Shown in pieces: positions 7,230 through 14,863 of a stretch of DNA of 37,700 nucleotides; position 1 is the stretch's first letter, and the number at the start of each line of letters is the position of its first letter. The stretch comes from a virus, in UHGV virus genome UHGV-1371623, one strand, 5' to 3'. The notes under the pieces are model-generated. The model did not search any database and was not told the DNA's origin. It saw nothing but the letters and a program-made list of their open reading frames with translations. A program made the position numbers and the translations under genes.

Positions 7230-8041
7230 AAGCAATCGCAATTCTGAATCTGAAAGGCGGTGTCGGAAAGACCGTCACTGCCGTCAACATGGCCCACATC
7301 CTGGCCGCCGATCACAAACAGCGTGTGCTCCTGGTTGACTGCGACAGCCAGTGCAACGCGACGGAGTTCTTCGGTGTGCGGCCCGGCATGGGAACGGTCA
7401 CGCTGGCCGACATCCTGCGCGGCGACTTTGAACCGTACGTCTCGGAGCTGGTCACTGGAACGGATTATCCGGGCGTCGATGTGATCCCCGGCTCCGATGA
7501 GCTGATGGACATGGATATGTCCAAAATCACGAGTCAGCGCGTCAACGGCCGTGTCCTTGCGGATCTATGCTGCACGATCGGTGAGGATGACGAGTACGAC
7601 TACGTCCTGTTCGACTGCCCGCCGGCCTTTAATGCAGCGAGCGCCGCGGCGCTCCTGGCTGCGGATGAGGTCATCATCCCGATCAAGCTCGACGCCTTTT
7701 CTATCCGTGGGCTGGCCAATGTCAGCCGCCAGATCGACAACATGCAGCGTATCAACCCAAAGATCCGCGTTGCCGGGGCGCTCATCACGATGTGGCGCAA
7801 CGTACCCGTCGTGCTGGAGGCCGAGGGCAGTCTCCGCGACTGCGGCCTGCTGCCGGTATTTCAGACGGTCATTCGCCGCACTGACAAGGTCGACGAGATG
7901 ACCTTCGAGCGCAAGCCCATCGCCATCTATTCCCCGCGCAGCGCCGCCGGCTATGATTACCGAAGCTTTGTGCAGGAGTATTTGGAGCCACCCGTCACAA
8001 TGGACGATATGCTGAGAGGAGGCGTTGACCGTGCCGTTTGA
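7226..8041 (+). CDS. parA: ParA/Soj-family partition ATPase
   Basis: The deviant Walker A is KGGVGKT. ParA motifs run throughout the 271-aa product. Confidence 0.85.
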   Translation: MKAIAILNLKGGVGKTVTAVNMAHILAADHKQRVLLVDCDSQCNATEFFGVRPGMGTVTLADILRGDFEPYVSELVTGTDYPGVDVIPGSDELMDMDMSKITSQRVNGRVLADLCCTIGEDDEYDYVLFDCPPAFNAASAAALLAADEVIIPIKLDAFSIRGLANVSRQIDNMQRINPKIRVAGALITMWRNVPVVLEAEGSLRDCGLLPVFQTVIRRTDKVDEMTFERKPIAIYSPRSAAGYDYRSFVQEYLEPPVTMDDMLRGGVDRAV

Positions 8042-9113
8042 TGTAAGCCGTATTTTGCAGGACGCCGCACCTGCACCGAAAGATATGACGCTGCCGGAAA
8101 CAGGGCCGCGGACGGCGAAGACCATCGGCAGCGAGATCCGCTATCTGTCCCATCAGGCCAAGTGCATGACGGTCTGGTTCGGAGTGGAGATCGGCAAGCG
8201 CCTTGCCGAGGCAAAGGCTATGGTTGGGCACGGCGGCTGGCTGGATTTCCTGAAAAACGAAACGGAGTTTTCAAAATCTTCTGCTGCGAGATTTATGCAG
8301 ATTGCCAAGGAATATGGAAACAATTCAAATTTCCCAACGTTGGGAAATTTGAGCGTGTCGAACGCTTTACAGCTGCTCGCGGTGCCCGCCGAAGAGCGCG
8401 AAGAGTTCGCCGAGGCGGTCGATGCGGAGAATCTTTCCGCCCGCGAGCTGGAACAGGCTATCCGGGAGCGCGATGAGGCGCGGAAGCAGCTGGAGGCCGA
8501 GCGCGCAGCCAGCGAGGGCACGGCGCTGAAGCTGGCCGATGTCACCTCCGCCCTCGATGCGGAGAAGGAAAAGACGGCGGCGCTTCGGGAGCGCACCGAC
8601 GCGCAGGCCGCGAAGATCACGGAACTGGAAAACCGGCCGGTCGAGGTCGCCGTGCAGGCGGCAGACCCAGCGGAGATCGAAAAGGCTGTTGCGGATGCGC
8701 TGGCCGAGGCGGAGAAAAAGCACAAGGCCGACGTCGCTGCGCTGGAAAAGCGCCGCAGGGAGGCCGAGAAGAAGCAGGCGGAGCTTCAGGCCGAGGCTGC
8801 AAAGGCTATGGCTGATCTGAAAAACAGCACGGGCCGCGCAGACGAACTGACGCACCGCGTCGAGACGCTGCAGGCCGAGCTTGAGGCCGCAAAGGCAAAC
8901 GCCGAGAAGCTTCAGAAGGCAGGGGCGATCCAGTCGGACGCGGACATTGCCGTCTTTCAGAGCTTCTTTCAGGCGGTGCAGGAAAACTTCAACCGCGCTT
9001 GCGGCCTGATGCAGAAGGTCAAGACTCGCGACGCGGAGAAGGCCGCGAAGCTGGCCCGGTTCAGCCGGGACGCGCTGGCCAAGATGACAGCGCTGGTCGA
9101 AAAGGAGGCATGA
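8031..9113 (+). CDS. DUF3102-like DNA-binding N-domain fused to a long Ala/Glu-rich coiled coil; putative ParA partner (GTG start; ORF opens at 8025)
   Basis: The N-terminus is ...KCMTVWFGVEIGKRLAEAKAMVGHGGWLDFLKNETEFSKSSAARFMQIAKEYG. About 230 aa of EAx/AKA heptads follow. A GGAGG RBS lies 8 nt before GTG 8031. The gene overlaps the parA stop. Confidence 0.6.
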   Translation: MPFDVSRILQDAAPAPKDMTLPETGPRTAKTIGSEIRYLSHQAKCMTVWFGVEIGKRLAEAKAMVGHGGWLDFLKNETEFSKSSAARFMQIAKEYGNNSNFPTLGNLSVSNALQLLAVPAEEREEFAEAVDAENLSARELEQAIRERDEARKQLEAERAASEGTALKLADVTSALDAEKEKTAALRERTDAQAAKITELENRPVEVAVQAADPAEIEKAVADALAEAEKKHKADVAALEKRRREAEKKQAELQAEAAKAMADLKNSTGRADELTHRVETLQAELEAAKANAEKLQKAGAIQSDADIAVFQSFFQAVQENFNRACGLMQKVKTRDAEKAAKLARFSRDALAKMTALVEKEA

Positions 9114-9286
9114 TGGCAAAAAAGAAGCGGCAGACACTCCCGCCGCCATCTCCTGGGACGGAATGTTATAACCTTCTGTGCCCGTATCGGCACAACAGCA
9201 CACAGGCGGTTTACAGCTGCGCGATGGTTCGCCTCTGCGCGGCCCGGAAACTGGAAAGGAGCAGAAAACATGAACCTGACACCTGA
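9113..9286 (+). CDS. Small Cys-containing hypothetical protein (about 57 aa)
   Basis: An AAAGGAGG RBS precedes the start. The product is MAKKKRQTLPPPSPGTECYNLLCPYRHN...YSCAMVRLCAARK. Confidence 0.35.
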   Translation: MAKKKRQTLPPPSPGTECYNLLCPYRHNSTQAVYSCAMVRLCAARKLERSRKHEPDT

Positions 9287-9659
9287 CAAACTTATCAAGT
9301 CACTACGAAGCTGTTCGGATTTGCCAACTGGCAATAGCGGATGTGCCTGGTGCATGTTTGCATCTCTGTACGAACCAGCATGTACCGATCTTCTTCTGCG
9401 TCACGCCGCCGACCAGAAGGAGATTGCCGAGCTGCGGGAGAAATTACCGAAGTGGATCAGTGTGAAGGAAAGACTGCCAATAGACCGTCTCAAAAAATAT
9501 CTCGTTGCTTTTCGGGATGTGGGCGGCTCGATTGTAGATATGGCCAGATACTTCCCGAGCGACGGATGGACGTGCGATAACTGGGACGTACCGCAGAACT
9601 TGATTACCCACTGGATGCCGCTTCCGGAACCGCCGAAGGAGGACAATCATGATGCCTGA
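9270..9659 (+). CDS. DUF551-like phage protein
   Basis: A GGAAAGGAG RBS precedes the start. The motifs WISVKERLP and ITHWMPLPEPPK are characteristic of DUF551. Confidence 0.6.
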   Translation: MNLTPDKLIKSLRSCSDLPTGNSGCAWCMFASLYEPACTDLLLRHAADQKEIAELREKLPKWISVKERLPIDRLKKYLVAFRDVGGSIVDMARYFPSDGWTCDNWDVPQNLITHWMPLPEPPKEDNHDA

Positions 9660-10113
9660 ACTTTTGAGGTCCGAAATACGGACGGCCCGGAAGCCGCACA
9701 CATGCTCTCTGTGCGGAGCGGAGATCAAAACGGGTGAACAATACGGGTATGATACCTACAAATTCAACGGTGAAGTGTACAACTGGAAGACGCACATGGA
9801 GTGCGACGCAGTTTCCACGTTTTTATGGGACTACGTTGACCCCGATGAAGGCATGACATCGGATGACTTTCTGGATGCTTGCGCCGACGTGTGCCGCACC
9901 TTCGTCTGCCCGGACTGTGAACATTTTGATCCCGAACATGCGGAGGACGGCGATTACTGCCAGAAGAATGACTCCTACTGCATCCATAAGCTCTATGAGC
10001 TGTCGAAGAAGTATTATCTGAGCTGCCAGCGGGACACGCAGCACGGATGGCTGAAATGGAGGCTCACGCCGATTAAGGAGGATAAGGATGGAACGACTGA
10101 CAAGCTGGAATGA
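9649..10113 (+). CDS. Cysteine-rich hypothetical protein
   Basis: A GGAGGA RBS precedes the start. Multiple CxxC pairs are present: CSLCG, CPDCEH and others. Confidence 0.55.
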   Translation: MMPELLRSEIRTARKPHTCSLCGAEIKTGEQYGYDTYKFNGEVYNWKTHMECDAVSTFLWDYVDPDEGMTSDDFLDACADVCRTFVCPDCEHFDPEHAEDGDYCQKNDSYCIHKLYELSKKYYLSCQRDTQHGWLKWRLTPIKEDKDGTTDKLE

Positions 10114-10435
10114 CGACTGCATGAAGATCAATGGGCACGTTCTGTACGATGTGACATGGGAGGACATCGACATGATGGCCGACCGCCTTGCACGCTATGA
10201 GGATGCGGATAGCCCGATGATGCGCATTCGACCGGGCGATACGGTCTGGCTGTCTCCAATGCTTTACGAGCGCAGCAAAAAGCCGCGACCGTTTACGGTT
10301 GACGCCATACGGATTGATCGGGAGGGCGTGATGCTTATCACAGGGCGACGGAGATTTTCGGCGGAAGCCATTGGAAAGAGCGTGTTTCTTTCCAAAGAGG
10401 AAGCGGAAAATGCTTTGCAGGGGATGGAGGAATGA
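10088..10435 (+). CDS. Hypothetical protein, paralog family A member 1
   Basis: The product starts MERLTSWNDD, contains LARYEDAD and ends KEEAENALQGMEE. Confidence 0.55.
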   Translation: MERLTSWNDDCMKINGHVLYDVTWEDIDMMADRLARYEDADSPMMRIRPGDTVWLSPMLYERSKKPRPFTVDAIRIDREGVMLITGRRRFSAEAIGKSVFLSKEEAENALQGMEE

Positions 10436-10935
10436 CGATGAAACGTCTGACCTTTGAGGGAAACTTCTGCGAGATTGCGCGGTGCGGGTATCCAACGTGC
10501 CCATACAAGGATGGTTGCAGCCAAAAGCAGGTCTGGGAGCAGCTCAAACGGTATGAGGACACCAAACGGACACCGGAGCAGATCGAGGCATTGGAAGCGG
10601 CAATCATGGGCAAGGCAGTCGCACAGATTACGGAGTTCGAGGGCCTGCCGATTGCCCGCCTGCGGGAACTGGCCGTGGCTGACAAAGAGGGCCGCGTGGT
10701 GGTGCTGCCGTGCAAAGTGGGGGAACGCTGGACAGATGAGGACGGTCGAGCGGTGCGAATAACTTCAGTAATTGTCAGCATAGAGCCATTTGGGATGAAC
10801 ATCAACATCTACTTTGATTATGAGGACGCAACGCCGGACGATGCGGGAAGCGACTGCGTGACAAATTGGGATTATTTCAGTCGCCACTATACCTGCATTA
10901 AGGCCGAGCGGGCGCTGGCGGAAATGGAGGAATGA
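10432..10935 (+). CDS. Hypothetical protein, paralog family A member 2 (likely start ATG 10438)
   Basis: The product starts MKRLTFEG, contains LKRYEDTKRTPEQIEAL and RLRELAVADKEGRVVVLPCKVGERW, and ends ERALAEMEE. A GGAGGA RBS precedes the start. Confidence 0.6.
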   Translation: MTMKRLTFEGNFCEIARCGYPTCPYKDGCSQKQVWEQLKRYEDTKRTPEQIEALEAAIMGKAVAQITEFEGLPIARLRELAVADKEGRVVVLPCKVGERWTDEDGRAVRITSVIVSIEPFGMNINIYFDYEDATPDDAGSDCVTNWDYFSRHYTCIKAERALAEMEE

Positions 10936-11639
10936 TGATGAAACGACTGACAACCGATAACCCAACTGACAACATTGAAGCCTCACTGAATCTATTTTAC
11001 GTCCGCGACGGTGATGCCTTCATTCGAGGAGGCGGAGATGCCCCGGACTATGCAGATATTTCGGTGACTGATTTCATACGCAAGACCGCAAGGACGCTTT
11101 GCCCGGATATGCTTTTGCCAGAATCGGCGGAAGAAATCAGTTTTGCAATGGCTGAGTATTTGTTTGATGGGTACGAAGAACCAAGTGGTTTGATTGCGCT
11201 GCTCTATACTGCTGCATGGTCGTATGCGGAACTGCGCGAGCGGCTGAAAGCCTACGAGGACACGGGCCTGACGCCGGAGGAAATCAAGGCTCCGTTTACG
11301 GAGGACGCGATGATAAATCTGGCAGCGCAGGCGCTGGGAGTGGAACCTAGCCGCCTGCGGGAGCTGGCCGTGGCCGACAAGGACGGGCGGTGCGTCGTGC
11401 TGCCGTGTAAGGTGGGCGATATTTTGTGGATAACCGGAAGTATTCGGAGACTGTATTCCGCAAAAGTACGGACGTTTTTCATCGGGCATCCTTCAGGCGT
11501 GCGCGGGGGAGACAACGATGGTGGAACACAAATGATCCGCACAACAGAATGCGATGTGCCTATGCGTGACTTTGGCAAAACCGTATTCATGACGCGCGAA
11601 GAAGCTGAAAAGGCGCTGGCGGAAATGGAGGGAAAATGA
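10932..11639 (+). CDS. Hypothetical protein, paralog family A member 3 (likely start ATG 10938)
   Basis: The product starts MKRLTTDNP, contains LKAYEDTGLTPEEIKA and RLRELAVADKDGRCVVLPCKVGDILW, and ends REEAEKALAEMEGK. Confidence 0.6.
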   Translation: MMMKRLTTDNPTDNIEASLNLFYVRDGDAFIRGGGDAPDYADISVTDFIRKTARTLCPDMLLPESAEEISFAMAEYLFDGYEEPSGLIALLYTAAWSYAELRERLKAYEDTGLTPEEIKAPFTEDAMINLAAQALGVEPSRLRELAVADKDGRCVVLPCKVGDILWITGSIRRLYSAKVRTFFIGHPSGVRGGDNDGGTQMIRTTECDVPMRDFGKTVFMTREEAEKALAEMEGK

Positions 11640-11818
11640 TGGTAAAAAGAATCTGCGACCGATGCGGAGCCGAAATAAACCCTACAAGTTCGGCAACGTA
11701 TGTAAACGTAAGGGGCGCATATCGCGATCCAACGGGAGAAATCGAGCTTTGCTGTTCATGCGGGATGCGAATTCGTGAATGGCTAAAACCGACCGAGGAG
11801 GGCAAGAAGAATGTTTGA
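11636..11818 (+). CDS. Small zinc-ribbon-like protein (CxxC...CCSCG)
   Basis: The product is MMVKRICDRCGAEINP...ELCCSCGMRIREW. Confidence 0.5.
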   Translation: MMVKRICDRCGAEINPTSSATYVNVRGAYRDPTGEIELCCSCGMRIREWLKPTEEGKKNV

Positions 11819-12035
11819 AAATCGTGTGTGTTTCAGCGTCAGAGGCGAGTTTGGGGCAGAAATGAAATTCGATTCCGAGGCAGAGATTCCACGCGAAGAA
11901 CTGGAACGTAGCATTGATAAGAATGTATTGCTCGAAATGATGTGTCTTGATCAGCTCGGCTATACAGGCGAGGACGTTACGTTTATTTCGCCAGAGGAAT
12001 ACGACAAACAGTATGGAGATGATGACGATGGCTGA
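11811..12035 (+). CDS. Small acidic hypothetical protein
   Basis: The 74-aa ORF ends DKQYGDDDDG and overlaps its neighbours. Confidence 0.45.
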   Translation: MFENRVCFSVRGEFGAEMKFDSEAEIPREELERSIDKNVLLEMMCLDQLGYTGEDVTFISPEEYDKQYGDDDDG

Positions 12036-12339
12036 CGAATATATCAGGCGCAGCGATGCGCTAAATGGCGCCGAACTGTTTCAATGCGGCTGGGCAGAGA
12101 TCGAAGCCGTACAGACGGATTATATTGAGCGATTGCCCGCCGCTGACGTTGCGCCGGTGCGGCATGGACACTGGATCGGAGAGGGCGACGGCTATGCCGA
12201 TGGCGAGCTGGTTTTCGATGTGTGGTACTGCTCCGAGTGCGACTACTGCATCGACGACGGGACGGATGATCCGGAGCGCCTGCCGAAATATTGCCCCGGA
12301 TGCGGCGCTCTGATGGATGGAGGGAATGGCAATGGCTGA
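12028..12339 (+). CDS. Hypothetical protein, paralog family B member 1 (C-terminal zinc ribbon)
   Basis: The product starts MADEYIRRSDAL, contains PAADVAPVRHGHW and ends CSECDYC...YCPGCGALMDGG. Confidence 0.55.
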   Translation: MADEYIRRSDALNGAELFQCGWAEIEAVQTDYIERLPAADVAPVRHGHWIGEGDGYADGELVFDVWYCSECDYCIDDGTDDPERLPKYCPGCGALMDGGNGNG

Positions 12340-12703
12340 CGAATATATCGGGCGCGAGGATGCGCTGCGCGCCGTGCAAAGGCAAAGAGGCGCGAACAGA
12401 AGCCCTGCGCAAAATGAAATGCTCAACAGAATTAAGACTGATATAATTCGTGCGCCAGCCGCCGACGTTGCGCCGGTGGTGCGTGGGAAGCCTATAACAA
12501 AAATTCGTGAGGTGACAATTACCGAATACCACGAAGCGCGCGGGGTATTTGCATCGGACGGTTCTAACGTTTATATCAAAAATATGGTATATGCGAAAGT
12601 TCCATATGACCATTGTCCGGTGTGCGGCGCTGTTCTCTGCTCCCGCTGGCACAATTACTGCGGCAAATGCGGGGCGAAGATGGATGGGGGGGAACGAAGG
12701 TGA
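12332..12703 (+). CDS. Hypothetical protein, paralog family B member 2
   Basis: The product starts MADEYIGREDAL, contains PAADVAPVVRGKP and ends CPVCGA...YCGKCGAKMDGG. It shares near-identical DNA segments with members 1 and 3. Confidence 0.55.
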   Translation: MADEYIGREDALRAVQRQRGANRSPAQNEMLNRIKTDIIRAPAADVAPVVRGKPITKIREVTITEYHEARGVFASDGSNVYIKNMVYAKVPYDHCPVCGAVLCSRWHNYCGKCGAKMDGGERR

Positions 12704-12957
12704 ATGAAAGCGCCGCTGACTGGGGCCTTGTTTTCGATACGCTGCTGCTGATAGCGTTTCTTCGGTCAGATGCGGAAACGCCGGAGGCTGCGGCGGAGAA
12801 ATTCGCGAAGAAACTCCTTTATATTCCGGAGAATGTGGCCATTTTCGCGGAAACGCCGGAAGAACGGCGCGCACGGAGTGACAAGTGGTATGCTCAAGAA
12901 TGGGAGAAAATTAAGCAAGAAATTGAGGAAATGAAAATGTCGGAAGATACCACATGA
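12700..12957 (+). CDS. Hypothetical protein (85 aa, GTG start)
   Basis: The start overlaps the upstream stop. The product is VNESAADWGLVFDTLLLIAFLRSDAETPEAAAEKFAKKLL.... Confidence 0.4.
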   Translation: MNESAADWGLVFDTLLLIAFLRSDAETPEAAAEKFAKKLLYIPENVAIFAETPEERRARSDKWYAQEWEKIKQEIEEMKMSEDTT

Positions 12958-12972
12958 GGAGGGACTTCTTAA

Positions 12973-13296
12973 ATGACAGACGAATATCTTGATAGGAGCA
13001 GTTTAGTTGCTCGTATGAAGTATTACGAGGAGCACACAACGGAAGGATCTAGTGAGCATTATGCGTATTCAGCTGCACTAAGAGAGATAAGAAACGCTCC
13101 CGCCGCCGACGTTGCGCCGGTGGTGCATGGGAAGTGGGTGCATAGTCGGTACGATCGTTCTTCTGAGCAGTTCGATGTTGTGAAGTGCTCCCGCTGCGGC
13201 CTCGAGGCGTATGCAATGGCGTACCATGTTCGTGATGGCAACTACTGCCCCAGATGCGGGGCGCGCATGGATGGAGGGAATGAAAATGATCCTTGA
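12973..13296 (+). CDS. Hypothetical protein, paralog family B member 3
   Basis: The product starts MTDEYLDRSSL, contains PAADVAPVVHGKWVH and ends CSRCG...YCPRCGARMDGG. Confidence 0.55.
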   Translation: MTDEYLDRSSLVARMKYYEEHTTEGSSEHYAYSAALREIRNAPAADVAPVVHGKWVHSRYDRSSEQFDVVKCSRCGLEAYAMAYHVRDGNYCPRCGARMDGGNENDP

Positions 13297-13453
13297 TGTT
13301 TTGAATCTGCTGGCGCTGATCGAGTGGATCGCGCTGGGCGTTGTTGTCTGGCTCAAGGCGCGGAGCCTGTATCGCCGCTCGAAAGCGGTGCTGGACGCGC
13401 TGCAATCGGAAGAAATGGAGGACTGTGAAGATGACACGGAAGCGCTGCTGTAA
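13286..13453 (+). CDS. Small single-TM membrane protein (about 56 aa)
   Basis: A GGAGGGA RBS lies 5 nt before the ATG. The product is MILDVLNLLALIEWIALGVVVWLKARSLYRR.... Confidence 0.4.
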   Translation: MILDVLNLLALIEWIALGVVVWLKARSLYRRSKAVLDALQSEEMEDCEDDTEALL

Positions 13454-13652
13454 ATTGCTGATGGCCTGCGGGGCTACCCGGAACGAAGCAAACCAAGCTA
13501 TGCGCGTTGCGCACAAAGTGCACAATCTCACAAACTACGAATGTCTCTACCTCGCATTGCCGCCGCTGCTGTATCGGCAGATCCTTTGCAATCGACCGGG
13601 CATTCCTGACACAGTGCTTAAAGCATTTGGTATCAATCCGGACGAATTATAA
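13431..13652 (+). CDS. Hypothetical small protein (73 aa)
   Basis: A GGAGGA RBS precedes the start. The product is MTRKRCCKLLMACGATRNEANQAMRVAHKVHNLTNYE.... Confidence 0.4.
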   Translation: MTRKRCCKLLMACGATRNEANQAMRVAHKVHNLTNYECLYLALPPLLYRQILCNRPGIPDTVLKAFGINPDEL

Positions 13653-13668
13653 ATGATTTGGACTTTTG

Positions 13669-13740
13669 CCCGCGCGGGATGCCATTGCCGTGGCGGGGAG
13701 GATCAGCCGGATGATATAGCCAGCCCGGATTTCCGGGCTG
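13669..13740 (+). promoter_or_regulatory. Structured intergenic element upstream of the Rep gene: a 10-bp palindrome CCCGCGCGGG (13669-13678) and a perfect hairpin CCAGCCCGGA-tt-TCCGGGCTGG (13719-13740)
   Basis: The repeats are read directly from the sequence. No U-tract follows, so this is not a canonical terminator. It is a candidate double-strand origin or regulatory site for the downstream HUH Rep. Confidence 0.4.
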
Positions 13741-13773
13741 GCACACAAAGAAAGGGATGATAACATCAGTCGA

Positions 13774-14484
13774 GTGATAGAGCTTCAGGCCGGGACGCGG
13801 TTCCGAGCCATTGAGCTGGCCGCGGCTCCGCAGCAAAAGCGGACGCGGGCGTCGCGGCAATTTGAGACAAGCCTTGTACGGGAGGCCGTGAACATCAAGA
13901 CCGCCTGCATGCGGTTGGAGTTTCTGCTTTATGCAAACTTTGCACTGGATGATTGGTTCGTGACGCTGACCTATGACGAGGACTTCCTTCCACCGAACTA
14001 TGAGACGGCTCGGAAGAATCAGCCGGCCTACTTCCGCAGGCTGCGGCAGGCGCGCCGGGCGGAGGACCTCCCGTTTGATTATGTGTACGTCATGGAGGGT
14101 CTGCACGGAGATCATCGCATCCATCACCACTTCGTGACCAAGCGCGCGCCGGGCAACGACATCGCCCTATTCCGTGAACTGTGGGGCAAGGGCTTTGTCG
14201 ATGTGCAGACCATTGAGGAGTTCGGCGGCTATCGCGCCGTCGCGCAGTACATGACCAAGGAGCCGCGCAAAACCGGCAAACTCCGGGTCGGCGCTCGGAT
14301 GTGGACGCCAAGTATCGGGCTGGTACAGCCGGAGCGGCACGACATCGAGCTTGCACCGGGCGAGCACTACTCGCCGCCGCCAGGCGCTTCGGCCTTCGAA
14401 GGTGGAAAGTTCCCGGAACGTATCGAAAACTGTTACGGAACCTTTGTGACCTACGATTTCGAAATCCCGGCTTTACAAACTTAA
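13774..14484 (+). CDS. HUH-superfamily rolling-circle replication initiator (Rep_1 / pC194-pUB110-like motifs)
   Basis: Motif I is WFVTLTYDE and motif II (HUH) is HGDHRIHHHFVT. Motif III is AVAQYMTKEP, containing the catalytic Tyr-x-x-Lys. Order and spacing are canonical, with I to II about 50 aa and II to III about 40 aa. GTG 13774 is the only in-frame start after the upstream stop at 13711. Confidence 0.6.
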   Translation: MIELQAGTRFRAIELAAAPQQKRTRASRQFETSLVREAVNIKTACMRLEFLLYANFALDDWFVTLTYDEDFLPPNYETARKNQPAYFRRLRQARRAEDLPFDYVYVMEGLHGDHRIHHHFVTKRAPGNDIALFRELWGKGFVDVQTIEEFGGYRAVAQYMTKEPRKTGKLRVGARMWTPSIGLVQPERHDIELAPGEHYSPPPGASAFEGGKFPERIENCYGTFVTYDFEIPALQT

Positions 14485-14541
14485 TATCTATATTTTGACT
14501 TGAAACAATATATAAATACTGGGAAGGAGCGACAAAAGGAC

Positions 14542-14748
14542 TTGCAATCTGAGAAACGGCGTGATATACTGTTAGTGTCAGCAGACGGGAAGTTGATTTG
14601 CCCGTTGTGCGGGCGGCCGACGCAGCAGCGTGTGCGGCCGACGACCGTGCTGACAGACTTCCCGCTGTACTGCAAGCTGTGCAAGCGAGAGTCGATCGTG
14701 AATATGAGCCAGAGCCAAAACCATCGAGTTAGTGCCAGCGCCAAATGA
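14542..14748 (+). CDS. Cysteine-rich KTR-like small protein (start uncertain: TTG 14542 or GTG 14575)
   Basis: The motif ICPLCGRPTQQRVRPTTVLTDFPLYCKLCKRESIVNM matches the Firmicutes Cys_rich_KTR pattern C-P-x-C-G...(N/D)FPLYC-x-x-CK. There is no in-frame ATG. Confidence 0.45.
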   Translation: MQSEKRRDILLVSADGKLICPLCGRPTQQRVRPTTVLTDFPLYCKLCKRESIVNMSQSQNHRVSASAK

Positions 14749-14790
14749 TTTGACCGTGAAAACGGAGAATCGTTTGGCGCTTTTGTTTTG
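14736..14790 (+). terminator. Rho-independent terminator
   Basis: The stem CGCCAAA...TTTGGCG is followed by CTTTTGTTTTG. Confidence 0.5.
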
Positions 14791-14816
14791 CACCCGAGGT
14801 GATAGCCGGATGGCAT

Positions 14817-14860
14817 GAGCGCCATGATCTCCGTCGTGAGGTCATGGCGCTTTTTGTTTG
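14817..14860 (+). terminator. Strong rho-independent terminator at the early/late boundary
   Basis: A perfect 10-bp stem AGCGCCATGA / TCATGGCGCT with a 14-nt loop is followed by TTTTTGTTTG, immediately before the HNH ATG. Confidence 0.7.
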
Positions 14861-14863
14861 TCC

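Noticed and set aside
8153-9355. Minus-strand ORFs 8153..8725 (Ala/Ser-rich), 8367..9203 and 8969..9355, and plus ORF 8539..8820 (Arg-rich)
   Set aside because: These are mirror frames of the GCC/GAG-repeat coiled-coil gene 8031..9113. They are low-complexity artefacts.
12044-13531. Minus-strand ORFs 12044..12874, 12061..12426, 13049..13531 and 13078..13437
   Set aside because: They are antisense to the family-B paralog genes and are rich in R/S/P/A with no RBS.
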